DNA of 22,649 bases from Archangiaceae bacterium (lineage in GTDB: Bacteria; Myxococcota; Myxococcia; Myxococcales; Myxococcaceae), in the NCBI GenBank assembly GCA_043750125.1, contig JAYVCD010000158.1, forward strand, positions 1-22,649, read 5' to 3'. Under the pieces are notes generated by a model. It searched no databases and was not told the DNA's origin. It worked only from the letters and a program-made list of their open reading frames with translations. Position numbers and translations under genes: made by a program. Positions within the stretch are counted from its first letter, which is position 1. The number at the start of each line of letters is the position of its first letter. Of this stretch, positions 8,341-17,042 are shown in pieces.

Positions 8341-9831
8341 TCAGTACATCCGTCGAAGGCGCGCGGCGAAGAAGCCGTCGGCGCCTTCCGGGCCCGGCAG
8401 CGTTCGAAGGTAGCCCTGAACGTTGGGAAAGCTGCCCGCCGCAAGAGGAGGCGGCTCGGCGGTGAAGTCCGGGTGGCTGCGCAGAAACATTTCAATCTGG
8501 TCCTGGCCTTCCGACGGGTCGGTGCTGCACACCGCGTAGGTCAACAAACCTCCCGGCGCGACGGCGGCCTGGCAACTCTCGAGAATCGCCCGCTGCAACC
8601 GATGCAGGTCCGCCAGATCGGTTTCCTGGCGGCGGTAGCGAAGCTCGGGGTGCCGTCGCAGCGTGCCGAGCCCCGAGCAGGGGGCGTCGATCAGCACCGC
8701 AGTGAAGTCTCCCAGCCCTTCGGGCAACGGCTTGCTCGCATCGACCGCGCGCGTCTTCAAGCGGTCGAGCAGCCCCAGCCGTTTGGCCTCATCGGTAATC
8801 TTGTGCAGCTTGTTCGCGTGCAGATCGATCGCGACCACGGTGTTCCGCTGCGCGAGGTGACACGCCTTGCCTCCCGGGGCCGCGCACGCATCGAGCACCC
8901 GCGCCTCATCGGGAATCGCCGCGTAGAGCCCGACCAGCTGCGCCGCTTCGTCCTGCACCTGCCACAGCCCTTCGGCGTAGCCGTAGACGTCTTCGACCCG
9001 GCCGACTCCGGAAAAGACGATTCCTTCCGAAGACATCGTGGTCGGCTTCGCGTCGATTCCCACTTCGGAAAATTCTTTGAGCAGCGCGTCGCGGGTGGTC
9101 CGCGCGGTGTTGACCCGCACCACCACCGACGGAGGAAGGTTGTCCGCCGCGAGCATTCCTTCAGCGCGCTCGGGCCCGAACTGCCGCGTCCACCGCTGCA
9201 CCAACCACAGCGGGTGGCTGTGCAGAATCGCCAGGTGCTCGTCGCGGGGCTCGAGCGGGGGCAGCGGCGGCGCTTCGAGCGTGGCCATCTTGCGCAGCAC
9301 GGCGTTGACGAAGCCGGTCGCGCGCTGCAGGCCCAACCGCTTGAGCGCCTCGACCGTGTCGGCGACCGCGGCGTGCTTCGGCACCCGCATGTAGAACATC
9401 TGGTACGCGCCGATGCGCAGCGCCGAGAGCACCTCGTTCTCGAGCGTGGGCAACTGGTGGCTGCAGAACTGCTGCAGCCCGTAGTCGAGCGTGAGCTGGC
9501 GCCGGGTGGTCCCGTAGCAGAGCTCGGTGACGAAGGCGGCGTCGCGCATCTCGGCCGGACGGTGCTCGTCGAGCTGCGAATCGAGCACCACGTTCAAGAA
9601 CGCGTCGGTCGCGCTGACCCGGGCGAGCACCGCGATCGCCAGCGCGCGCGGAGTCATGTCCCCTCGCGGGCCGCGCGCATTCGCAGGCTTCGGCTTGCTC
9701 TGCCCGGCGGCCTTCAACACGCTCTTCGCCCCAGCCCCAGCCGCAGCCGGAGCCTTGACCTCGGGTCGCGCCGGTCCCCGCGGTCCAGCGACTCGGGGCC
9801 CGCGCAGGTTCTTGATCCGCTCGTCGGTCAT
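8341..9831 (-). CDS. rsmB: 16S rRNA m5C967 methyltransferase RsmB
   Basis: NusB-like N-domain (ELCYGTTRR, LRIGAYQM, GFVNAVLRK), SHPLWLV, VQDEAAQ, LDACAAPGGK, DAPCSGLG, YAVCST, DGFFAARL; downstream of fmt. Confidence 0.95.
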   Translation of the reverse strand: MTDERIKNLRGPRVAGPRGPARPEVKAPAAAGAGAKSVLKAAGQSKPKPANARGPRGDMTPRALAIAVLARVSATDAFLNVVLDSQLDEHRPAEMRDAAFVTELCYGTTRRQLTLDYGLQQFCSHQLPTLENEVLSALRIGAYQMFYMRVPKHAAVADTVEALKRLGLQRATGFVNAVLRKMATLEAPPLPPLEPRDEHLAILHSHPLWLVQRWTRQFGPERAEGMLAADNLPPSVVVRVNTARTTRDALLKEFSEVGIDAKPTTMSSEGIVFSGVGRVEDVYGYAEGLWQVQDEAAQLVGLYAAIPDEARVLDACAAPGGKACHLAQRNTVVAIDLHANKLHKITDEAKRLGLLDRLKTRAVDASKPLPEGLGDFTAVLIDAPCSGLGTLRRHPELRYRRQETDLADLHRLQRAILESCQAAVAPGGLLTYAVCSTDPSEGQDQIEMFLRSHPDFTAEPPPLAAGSFPNVQGYLRTLPGPEGADGFFAARLRRMY

Positions 9832-10670
9832 TCGCTCAGCTGAGTCATCAGCTCGATCAGTTGATCATCACTGGCCTTCATCGTCGCCGACAGCAGCAGT
9901 TGCTGAAGTACGTCTTCGAGCTTGTCGCGCTGTCCGCTTTCCATCGGCGAACCGCTCTGCAGCTTCTGCCATTCCGATCGCGCCCAGGCGGCCAGCCCTG
10001 CGGGCGTTACGGTGCCCGCGAGGCGGTCGGCGATCTGCTGGCGCACCAGGGCGCGCGAGATGACTCCGACGGCGAGCACCGTGCCGCGACGACCCCCGAC
10101 GGTCTTGGTGGGCGCCGAAGGAGGCGGCGGCTTGCGGACCAGGTGCGGACGCGCAGGCTTTCCCCCGATGCTCTTCACGATCTGCCCATTGGGCAACACC
10201 CGGCCGACGCTTTTTTCCACAAACGACTCCCGCCCAATCGACTTGGTGGAAGACTGGGCGACCCGGGGCGCGGCTTTCGGGGCCAAGGCGACCAGCGCCT
10301 CGAGATACCCCTCGGGACCCTTCCCTGCAATTTGCTTCTCGACCACGTCCTTCAGCGCCGACTTTCCCTTCTTCACCTCATCGAGCTGCACTTCGATCGC
10401 CGGCCGCTTGAGCAATTTGATCGCCTCGGCCAATGCCACCGCCGACGGAGCCAGCGCGGCCGGGTTGACGATCACCGCTTCGAACCAATGGCGCTCGGCG
10501 GCGAGCGCATCGAGCAGCGCGCCTTCCCAGTTGGACTGAACCGTCTTCAGCTCGACCCCGAGCGCGACCGCGCGGGCGAGCAGCGCAGCGTCGATCGCTT
10601 CGAGCGAGCGCGCTCCGGGAAGCAGATTCAGGTTCGGACCATGGAGGACGAGAATTCGGCGGGCGGGCAC
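9828..10670 (-). CDS. Type II 3-dehydroquinate dehydratase (AroQ)-like protein, degenerate active site, C-terminal extension
   Basis: ILVLHGPNLNLL, QSNWEGALLD, IVNPAAL, PAIEV, G.GPEGY match the AroQ fold; GTG start at 10670, 11 nt after the fmt stop; ATGA overlap with rsmB. Confidence 0.85.
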   Translation of the reverse strand: MPARRILVLHGPNLNLLPGARSLEAIDAALLARAVALGVELKTVQSNWEGALLDALAAERHWFEAVIVNPAALAPSAVALAEAIKLLKRPAIEVQLDEVKKGKSALKDVVEKQIAGKGPEGYLEALVALAPKAAPRVAQSSTKSIGRESFVEKSVGRVLPNGQIVKSIGGKPARPHLVRKPPPPSAPTKTVGGRRGTVLAVGVISRALVRQQIADRLAGTVTPAGLAAWARSEWQKLQSGSPMESGQRDKLEDVLQQLLLSATMKASDDQLIELMTQLSE

Positions 10671-10681
10671 GGGCGCGGACC

Positions 10682-11611
10682 TTAGCTGAACGGATGCTCG
10701 CCAACGGTGACCTTGCGGCCATTGAGAAACTGCTGCGCGGTCATCGGCTTCTTTCCTTCCGGCTGCAGCGAGGTCAGCAGCACCGACCCTTCGCCGCACC
10801 CGACCTCGATTCCGTCGGGCGATGCCCGCAGCACCGAGCCGACGGCACCCTGGCCCGCGGCGACTTTCATCCCGTGAATCTTCAGCAGCCCCCCTTCGAA
10901 GTGGAGGAAGGCTCCGGGCCAGGGAGTGAACGCGCGCAGCCTTCGCTCCAGCGCGATCGCGGGCCGGGCGAAGTCGAGGTGGCCGTCCTCTTTCTTGATC
11001 ATCGGCGCCATCACGATGCCTTGCGTCGGCTGGGGCACGGGGAACCGTTCGCCCCGCAGGTACGCCAGCAGGTGCTCGCGCAGCACCTCGCCCCCCAGCG
11101 CCGACAGCTTGTCGTGCAGCGTGGCCGAGGTGTCATCGGGAAGAATCGGCAACTGGGCGCGCGCGATCACCGGGCCGGTGTCCATCCCCTCGTCCATCTT
11201 CATCAGGCAGACGCCTGCCTCGGTATCTCCGTGGGCGATCGCCCATTGAATCGGAGCCGCTCCCCGAAACCGGGGCAGCAGCGACGCGTGGACGTTGACG
11301 CAGCCCAGCCGCGGAGCCTCGAGCGCGTCGGTGGGTAGAATCTTTCCGTACGCGGTGACCACCGCCACTTCGGCCGCGAGCGCCTTGAGCTGCTGGGCGA
11401 AGTCGGTGCCTCGAATCTTCGCCGGCTGCAGCACGAGCAGACCCCGGTCGACCGCCAGCTGCTTGACCGGGGAAAAGGTGACTTCCTGCCCGCGGCCCCG
11501 AGGCTTATCCGGCTGCGTCACGACGGCCACCACTTCCCCCAGCTCGAGGCAGGTGCGCAGCGAGGCGACGGCGAACTGGGGTGTTCCCATGAAGATCAAG
11601 CGGGCAGCCAT
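10682..11611 (-). CDS. fmt: Methionyl-tRNA formyltransferase
   Basis: FMGTPQFA, VVTQPDKPRGRG, AYGKIL, NVHASLLPRFRGAAPIQWAI, GMDTG, RAFTPWPGA, LQPEGKKPM. Confidence 0.97.
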   Translation of the reverse strand: MAARLIFMGTPQFAVASLRTCLELGEVVAVVTQPDKPRGRGQEVTFSPVKQLAVDRGLLVLQPAKIRGTDFAQQLKALAAEVAVVTAYGKILPTDALEAPRLGCVNVHASLLPRFRGAAPIQWAIAHGDTEAGVCLMKMDEGMDTGPVIARAQLPILPDDTSATLHDKLSALGGEVLREHLLAYLRGERFPVPQPTQGIVMAPMIKKEDGHLDFARPAIALERRLRAFTPWPGAFLHFEGGLLKIHGMKVAAGQGAVGSVLRASPDGIEVGCGEGSVLLTSLQPEGKKPMTAQQFLNGRKVTVGEHPFS

Positions 11612-11673
11612 GACTCAAAGTGGCGCAACAGCTCTCGTGACGCCAGTGTCATTTGGCGGTATGCGGCGAACCC

Positions 11674-13266
11674 ATGCGCCACATTCTGCTGACGGTCTCG
11701 CTGTCGCTCTCTCTGGTCCTCTCGGGTTGCAAGGGTGATCCGAACACGCCGGAGTACTGGCAGAAGGCGATCTCGGCCGGGAAGAGGAAGAAGGACAAGG
11801 TCGCGAAGGTCGAGGCGCTTCGAGCGGCGAAGGTCGCGACTCCCGCGTTCTTGCCGATGCTCCACAAAGAGCTCGAGTCCGAAAAGGCCGGCGAAGTCCG
11901 CGCCGCGATCGCCCGGCTGTTGGGCGAGTTGAAGGACCCCTCTTCGGTGCCTTCGCTGCTGGGCGCGTTGGACTTCGGCGCTTCCGACAGTGACGACAAG
12001 GCGGCGAACAAAGAAATCGTGGTCGCGCTCGGCGCGATCGGCGACAAGAAAGCGGTTCCCGAACTGGTGAAGCTGCTGGCGGTACGGGACAACTACACCG
12101 TCATCGCCGCGATCGAGGCGCTGGGCCAGATGAAGGCCAGCGACGCGTACGAGCCGTTGAACAAGCTGGCGGTGGACGAAGGAACCGAGCCGTTCATCAG
12201 CAAGAAGGCAATTCAGGCGCTGGGTGAAATCGCGGACCCGCGCGCAGTGCAGGCGCTGATCCGGATGATGATGAAAGAGCGCCGGGGGGTCAGCTTCTAC
12301 GTCGAGTCGAGCTACGCGCTGTACCAGATTGGAGCTCCGGCGGCCGACGCGCTGATTCACACCGCCGACGGCAGCGACAAAGAGATTCTCAAGTGGGCCT
12401 CGGAAAACAAGATCGTCGAGCCCGCGGTGTACGCGAAGGCGATGCAGGTGCTGGGCGACCTTCACGACTCACGCGCCAACAAGCGGATGATCAGCCTGCT
12501 GGACTACAAGAACGAGAACCTGGCGTTCCAGCTCTTCGTTCGGATGCGCGCGGCCGATGCGTTGGGCCGCATTCGCGCCAAAGACGCCGCCAAGCCGCTG
12601 TCGGCGATGCTGGTCGAAGAAGAAGCGAACGCGCGCAATGAGTACATCCGGGCGCTGGTTCGCATCGGCAACAAGGACGCGGTGCCGGCGCTCGCGAAGG
12701 CCGCCGCGCTGGGCAGCTGGGACGCGCGCCAGCCGGCAATCATCGGGCTGTCGATGCTGGGTGGAGAGAAGGACATCCCCACGTTCGAGAAGCTGTCCAA
12801 GGACGAAGCGGCGTTGTTCGCCGCCGAGTGCAAGGAAGACCCCGAGTTCGAAGACTGTAAAACGGTCGACGCGAGCCTGAAGAAGCACGTCGACGCGATC
12901 TCGAACAACCTGAAGCGAATCGAGGCGGCGAAAACCTGCAAGGAAGAGGTCTCGTGCTGGGCGAAGAAGCTCGACGACACCAACGAAGGAGTCCGCGAGC
13001 GGGCGGCGATGGAGATCGGGCGCTCGAATAACCCCGATGCGATCGCCGAGCTCACCAAGCGCCTCGGCGAGAAGAACCTCGACACCCGGTTGGCGATCAT
13101 TCAGGCCACCGACTGGCTGGTGCACGACAACAAGGCGGCGGCGAAGAAGGCGCAGGAAATTCTGCCTTCGCTCGAGAAGCAGATTGCCGACGAGAAGGGA
13201 AAGACCGAGTTCGTGAAGGTGAACGAAGATCTGCGGCGGCTGTTCGTGAAGATCAAGCGGGGCTGA
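11674..13266 (+). CDS. HEAT/PBS-lyase repeat lipoprotein
   Basis: Start ATG 11674 gives a signal peptide with lipobox LSG-C; repeated 'VRxxAxxALGxIgDxxAVxxL' units throughout. Confidence 0.85.
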   Translation: MRHILLTVSLSLSLVLSGCKGDPNTPEYWQKAISAGKRKKDKVAKVEALRAAKVATPAFLPMLHKELESEKAGEVRAAIARLLGELKDPSSVPSLLGALDFGASDSDDKAANKEIVVALGAIGDKKAVPELVKLLAVRDNYTVIAAIEALGQMKASDAYEPLNKLAVDEGTEPFISKKAIQALGEIADPRAVQALIRMMMKERRGVSFYVESSYALYQIGAPAADALIHTADGSDKEILKWASENKIVEPAVYAKAMQVLGDLHDSRANKRMISLLDYKNENLAFQLFVRMRAADALGRIRAKDAAKPLSAMLVEEEANARNEYIRALVRIGNKDAVPALAKAAALGSWDARQPAIIGLSMLGGEKDIPTFEKLSKDEAALFAAECKEDPEFEDCKTVDASLKKHVDAISNNLKRIEAAKTCKEEVSCWAKKLDDTNEGVRERAAMEIGRSNNPDAIAELTKRLGEKNLDTRLAIIQATDWLVHDNKAAAKKAQEILPSLEKQIADEKGKTEFVKVNEDLRRLFVKIKRG

Positions 13267-13421
13267 GCGCCGCGGGCGCCGCGACCTTCGCGGAGATCTG
13301 CCCACACCCACGGGCGAGGGGCAACCAAAGGGCCATTGCCCAGGGTGTCGGCCCGCTTCGGCCTCAGGAAGTCGACATTTTTCGGGACACCAGTGCTGCA
13401 GTCAGGGGCTACAAGCCGGTC

Positions 13422-13784
13422 ATGCGCTTCTGGCCCGCTCTCTTCGCCCTGCTGCTCGCTGCGTCCGCATCTGCAAGTTTCGTTGACGCCGAGAAGAACG
13501 AGCTCAACTTGAAGTTGGTCTTCGTCGGCCCCGGGTTGAAGGGTCCGGCGGCGAACCTGCAGTAAATCTTCGACAAGACCGGCCCCCAGTCGTCGCGCAG
13601 CCAGATGCATCGGGTCGGACAGGGCGAGACCGAAGTGCAGTTCTTCGACTTCCTCCCGTCGTCCCTCGGGCTCATTCGGGGCTTCAAGGTTCTCGGTGAC
13701 GCGGCACACACCATGTCTCCTTCGGGCGGACAGGGTCTGAACGTCGCGTTCCGTGATTCCTTCGTTGCGGCCAACCATTCATGA
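13422..13784 (+). pseudogene. Chimeric remnant: signal peptide + MglA-like GTPase N-terminal part (internal TAA) fused to an FAD-dependent monooxygenase fragment
   Basis: Manual translation: MRFWPALFALLLAASASA-SFVDAEKNELNLKLVFVGPGLKGPAANLQ*IFDKT...FFDFLPSSLGLIRGFK|VLGDAAHTMSPSGGQGLNVAFRDSFVAANHS*; TAA at 13563-13565. Not in the ORF track. Confidence 0.75.
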
Positions 13785-14081
13785 CTACAGCCCCGCCAGA
13801 TCAACGGCTCCACCCAGCCCCAGAGCGAGCTTTTTTTGACGGACCGCTACGAGCAGCAACAATCAGCGACATGCTCGATCAATTTCTCGCCTCTCCTGCC
13901 CCGGACTCCGATTCGGACCGCGGCGCCTTTCAACTCGCCTGGCGCCCGGTCGGCGCGCGGCCCCTGAGCGCCGCACTGACTGGGCGAAGCTCGCCTCAAG
14001 CCAGCCCCTCGAGGCTGCCGTGGCCGAGCTTCGAGCTGCTCATCGACCTCTGAGCGTCGGTGGAACCGTCAAAGGACCGCG

Positions 14082-15101
14082 ATGCTCACCATCGACGGGT
14101 CGCTGGGGGAAGGGGGAGGCCAGGTGCTGCGAACGGCGCTGAGCCTCTCGCTCGTCACCCAGATTCCATTTCGAATGGTTCGCATTCGCGCCGCGAGAGC
14201 AAGGCCTGGCCTGCTGCGCCAGCACCTCGCCGCGATCTCTGCTTCGGCGCACATCGGCCAGGCCTCGGTCGAAGGCGACGTCCTCGGCAGCCCGGAGCTG
14301 GTCTTTCGTCCGGGGGCCCTGCGCTCCGGTGCGTTTTCTTTTTCAATCGGCTCGGCCGGGAGCACCTCGTTGGTTTTTCAGACCCTGCTTCCGGCGCTGC
14401 TCCGGGCGCCCGGGCCTTCGACCCTCGCGATCGACGGCGGGACCCACAACCCGCTCGCCCCTCCGTTCGAATTCCTCGAACAGGCATTTGTGCCTCTGGT
14501 GGAACGGATGGGCGCGAAGGTCACGCTCCGGCTGGTCCGCCATGGGTTCGTTCCCGCAGGGGGCGGTCGGCTCGAGGCCACCTTCGAGCCGGCGCCCCTC
14601 GCCCCGCTCCACCTGCTCGCCCGGGGGCCGCTGATCCGTCGGCAGGCCAACGCGATCGTCTCGGCGGTGCCGATGTCAGTGGCCACCCGCGAGCTCGAGA
14701 CACTTCGGCGCGAGCTGGGCCTCGAGCACAGCGAGCTCGCAGCTCGCCAGGTCGCCTCGGATGGCCCCGGGAACGCAGCCTGGGCGACCTTCCGCTACCA
14801 GAACGTGACCGAGGTGTTCGTCGGCTTCGGCGAGCGTGGAGTCCCAGCCGAAAAAGTTTCGAGCAGAATCGTGGAGCAGGCGCAGCGGTATCTGGCCACC
14901 GACGCACCCGTCGGCCCCCACCTCGCAGACCAGTTGGTGATGCTGATCGCGCTCGCGGGCGAGGGCTCGTTTCGGACCCTGGCCCCAACCCCTCACACCC
15001 GAACCCAGCTCGAGTTGATCCCCCTGTTCCTCGAGGTCCCGCTGCGTCTTACTGAAGAAAGGAGTGGAACCTGGCGGGTCGCCACTCCAGAGATTTCCTA
15101 A
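14082..15101 (+). CDS. rtcA: RNA 3'-terminal phosphate cyclase
   Basis: IDGSLGEGGGQVLRTALSLS, RPGLLRQH, SAGST, GGTHNPLAPP, GPGN, adenylated-His motif HLADQL; AAGGA upstream of ATG. Confidence 0.95.
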   Translation: MLTIDGSLGEGGGQVLRTALSLSLVTQIPFRMVRIRAARARPGLLRQHLAAISASAHIGQASVEGDVLGSPELVFRPGALRSGAFSFSIGSAGSTSLVFQTLLPALLRAPGPSTLAIDGGTHNPLAPPFEFLEQAFVPLVERMGAKVTLRLVRHGFVPAGGGRLEATFEPAPLAPLHLLARGPLIRRQANAIVSAVPMSVATRELETLRRELGLEHSELAARQVASDGPGNAAWATFRYQNVTEVFVGFGERGVPAEKVSSRIVEQAQRYLATDAPVGPHLADQLVMLIALAGEGSFRTLAPTPHTRTQLELIPLFLEVPLRLTEERSGTWRVATPEIS

Positions 15102-15158
15102 CCCTGGCGAACAAATAATCTGATTTTCAAATGGCAGGCTCGGCCTTACCTCTGGTCG

Positions 15159-16103
15159 ATGCAGACGATTGGGAATCCGGTGCTCTGGGCAGGCTTCATC
15201 GCCTTCGTGTTGGCGATGCTGGCGCTGGATCTTGGCGTCTTTCACAAGAAGGCCCACTCGGTCGGCTTCAAAGAAGCGGCGATCTGGAGCGGGGTCTGGG
15301 TCAGCCTCTCTCTGTTCTTCAACGCCGGCCTCGCCTGGCACTTTGGCGCGACCCGGGGAATGGAATTCCTCACCGGCTACGTGCTCGAAAAATCGCTGTC
15401 GGTCGACAACGTCTTCGTCTTCATCATCATTTTCTCGACGCTGAAGGTGCCTGCCCAATCGCAGCATCGGGTTCTGTTCTGGGGAATCATCGCGGCACTG
15501 CTCCTGCGAGCGGCGATGATCTTCGCCGGAGCCGCGCTGCTGACCCGATTCCACTGGCTGATCTACATCTTCGGCGCCTTCTTGATCTTCACCGGGGTGC
15601 AGCTGTTTCGTCACTGGCGCAGCGGAACCGACGGCGGCAGCAAGCTCATCAAGCTCGCGTACAAGTACGTTCCTTCGACTCCCACCTTCGAAGGCCAGAA
15701 GTTCTTCCGGGTCGAGAACGGAAAGCGCCTCGCCACTCCGTTGTTCATGGCGCTGGTGCTGGTCGAAGCCAGCGATGTGATTTTTGCCCTCGACTCGATT
15801 CCCGCGATTTTCGCGGTCACGACTGACCCGTTTATCGTCTTCACCTCGAACATCTTCGCGATCCTCGGCTTGCGCAGCCTCTACTTCCTGCTCTCAGGCA
15901 TGGTGGACAAGTTCCGCTTTCTCAAGCCCGCACTCGCGTCGGTGCTGGTCTTCGTCGGGGCGAAGATGGCGTTCGCCGAATGGGTGACGGCACCGAGCTG
16001 GGTCTCGCTGGGAGTCATCGCCCTGCTGCTCGCCGTCGGCGTCGCCGCTTCGCTGCGCTGGCCCACGCGCGCTCCGGTCCCCGAGCGCGCATCTGCCTCA
16101 TAG
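15159..16103 (+). CDS. TerC/Alx family metal-homeostasis membrane protein
   Basis: LALDLGVFH, FLTGYVLEKSLSVDNVFVF, QHRVLFWGI, DVIFALDSIPAI, FTSNIFAILGLRSLYF. Confidence 0.93.
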   Translation: MQTIGNPVLWAGFIAFVLAMLALDLGVFHKKAHSVGFKEAAIWSGVWVSLSLFFNAGLAWHFGATRGMEFLTGYVLEKSLSVDNVFVFIIIFSTLKVPAQSQHRVLFWGIIAALLLRAAMIFAGAALLTRFHWLIYIFGAFLIFTGVQLFRHWRSGTDGGSKLIKLAYKYVPSTPTFEGQKFFRVENGKRLATPLFMALVLVEASDVIFALDSIPAIFAVTTDPFIVFTSNIFAILGLRSLYFLLSGMVDKFRFLKPALASVLVFVGAKMAFAEWVTAPSWVSLGVIALLLAVGVAASLRWPTRAPVPERASAS

Positions 16104-16112
16104 CCAAAAAGC

Positions 16113-17030
16113 TCAGAAGAAAATCAACGGCACGTCGAGCTGCACCAACACCATTCGCTGCTTCACCATCGGGTCATCGAGCGGCACGGTGATCGACACC
16201 CCCGGTCGAAGCCAGAAGCCGTCGCCCTTGATGTGGAAGCGCGGGCCGATTGCGAAGGTCAGGTTGTCCCGCACCGACGCGTTCTTCGCCACCGCCACCG
16301 GCGTCGACAAGTAGCGCTGGTAGCGCATTTCGGCCCCCAGAGAAAACCAGGACCAGGGAAAGTAGCCGAGGTGGACGCCGGTGGTGAAGTTGGTGCGGCT
16401 GGCGTCGGGCGCCACCGCTTCTCCTCGAACGCGGGTGAGCTGGAGCAGCGTCGCCTCTGCCTGGGCGGTGAAACCCCACCGGCTGTACGAGAGACCTACG
16501 CCGGGAAAGACAGTCAGGTCGTTGACCGCGAACATCGCGTTGTCCATCGCCGAACGGGCGAGCACCCCGGCCGTGACCGCCGCGCTGGTTTGGGGATCCG
16601 GCGCGTTGCCCCCACCCATTCCCAGCGGCAGTGCGAGCGCGAGGAAGAAGTTCGCTCTCAAGCCTGGCAGCAGGTCCAGTGCCCAGCCCGCTCCGAGCAC
16701 CGGGTTCAAGAACGCGGTGCCCCCCCGGCCCCCCACGTCGTTGTGGGAAACGCCGAGCCGAACGAATGGAGCGACCGGCACGTCCTTCGAAATCCGGTAG
16801 CTGAAGCTGAGCATCGAGACTTCCGTCACCGCTTCCCCACTGTCGGTGGCACGGACGACGAAGTTGCTGTCGGTGCGCAGCGCGGTCACCGCCGCGGTCG
16901 AGCGCAGCTGCCACGGAAGAGAGTAGGGAGTCAGCGCAGGAGCGGGGGCGGCGCTCACCCTCACCTCTTCCCCAGGTGCGGCGAAGGCACTGAGGACCAG
17001 GAGCAACGCGATCATCCGGGGGTTGCGCAT
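16113..17030 (-). CDS. Uncharacterised secreted protein, probable outer-membrane beta-barrel
   Basis: Signal-like N-terminus (MRNPRMIALLLVLSAFA; alternative ATG 17015); alternating amphipathic strands (GVGLSYS, GVHLGYF, GAEMRYQ, FAIGPRFH); C-terminal Phe (DVPLIFF). Confidence 0.7.
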   Translation of the reverse strand: MRNPRMIALLLVLSAFAAPGEEVRVSAAPAPALTPYSLPWQLRSTAAVTALRTDSNFVVRATDSGEAVTEVSMLSFSYRISKDVPVAPFVRLGVSHNDVGGRGGTAFLNPVLGAGWALDLLPGLRANFFLALALPLGMGGGNAPDPQTSAAVTAGVLARSAMDNAMFAVNDLTVFPGVGLSYSRWGFTAQAEATLLQLTRVRGEAVAPDASRTNFTTGVHLGYFPWSWFSLGAEMRYQRYLSTPVAVAKNASVRDNLTFAIGPRFHIKGDGFWLRPGVSITVPLDDPMVKQRMVLVQLDVPLIFF

Positions 17031-17042
17031 GAGAGCCTGCTC

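Noticed and set aside
7357..9843. 828-aa plus-strand ORF and other long shadow ORFs (e.g. 1140-2756, 4852-6003, 17149-18648)
   Set aside because: Antisense or off-frame to well-supported genes, Arg-rich without motifs; expected in high-GC DNA.
13267..13382. Hairpins and T-run after the HEAT gene as a rho-independent terminator
   Set aside because: Stem TGTCGGC/GTCGACA has a long irregular loop; too weak to call.
13781..14053. 90-aa ORF upstream of rtcA
   Set aside because: No motif, contains a T7 run and has atypical composition; probably degraded sequence.
15102..15158. yybP-ykoY Mn riboswitch upstream of TerC/Alx
   Set aside because: Only 57 nt available and no matching structure seen.
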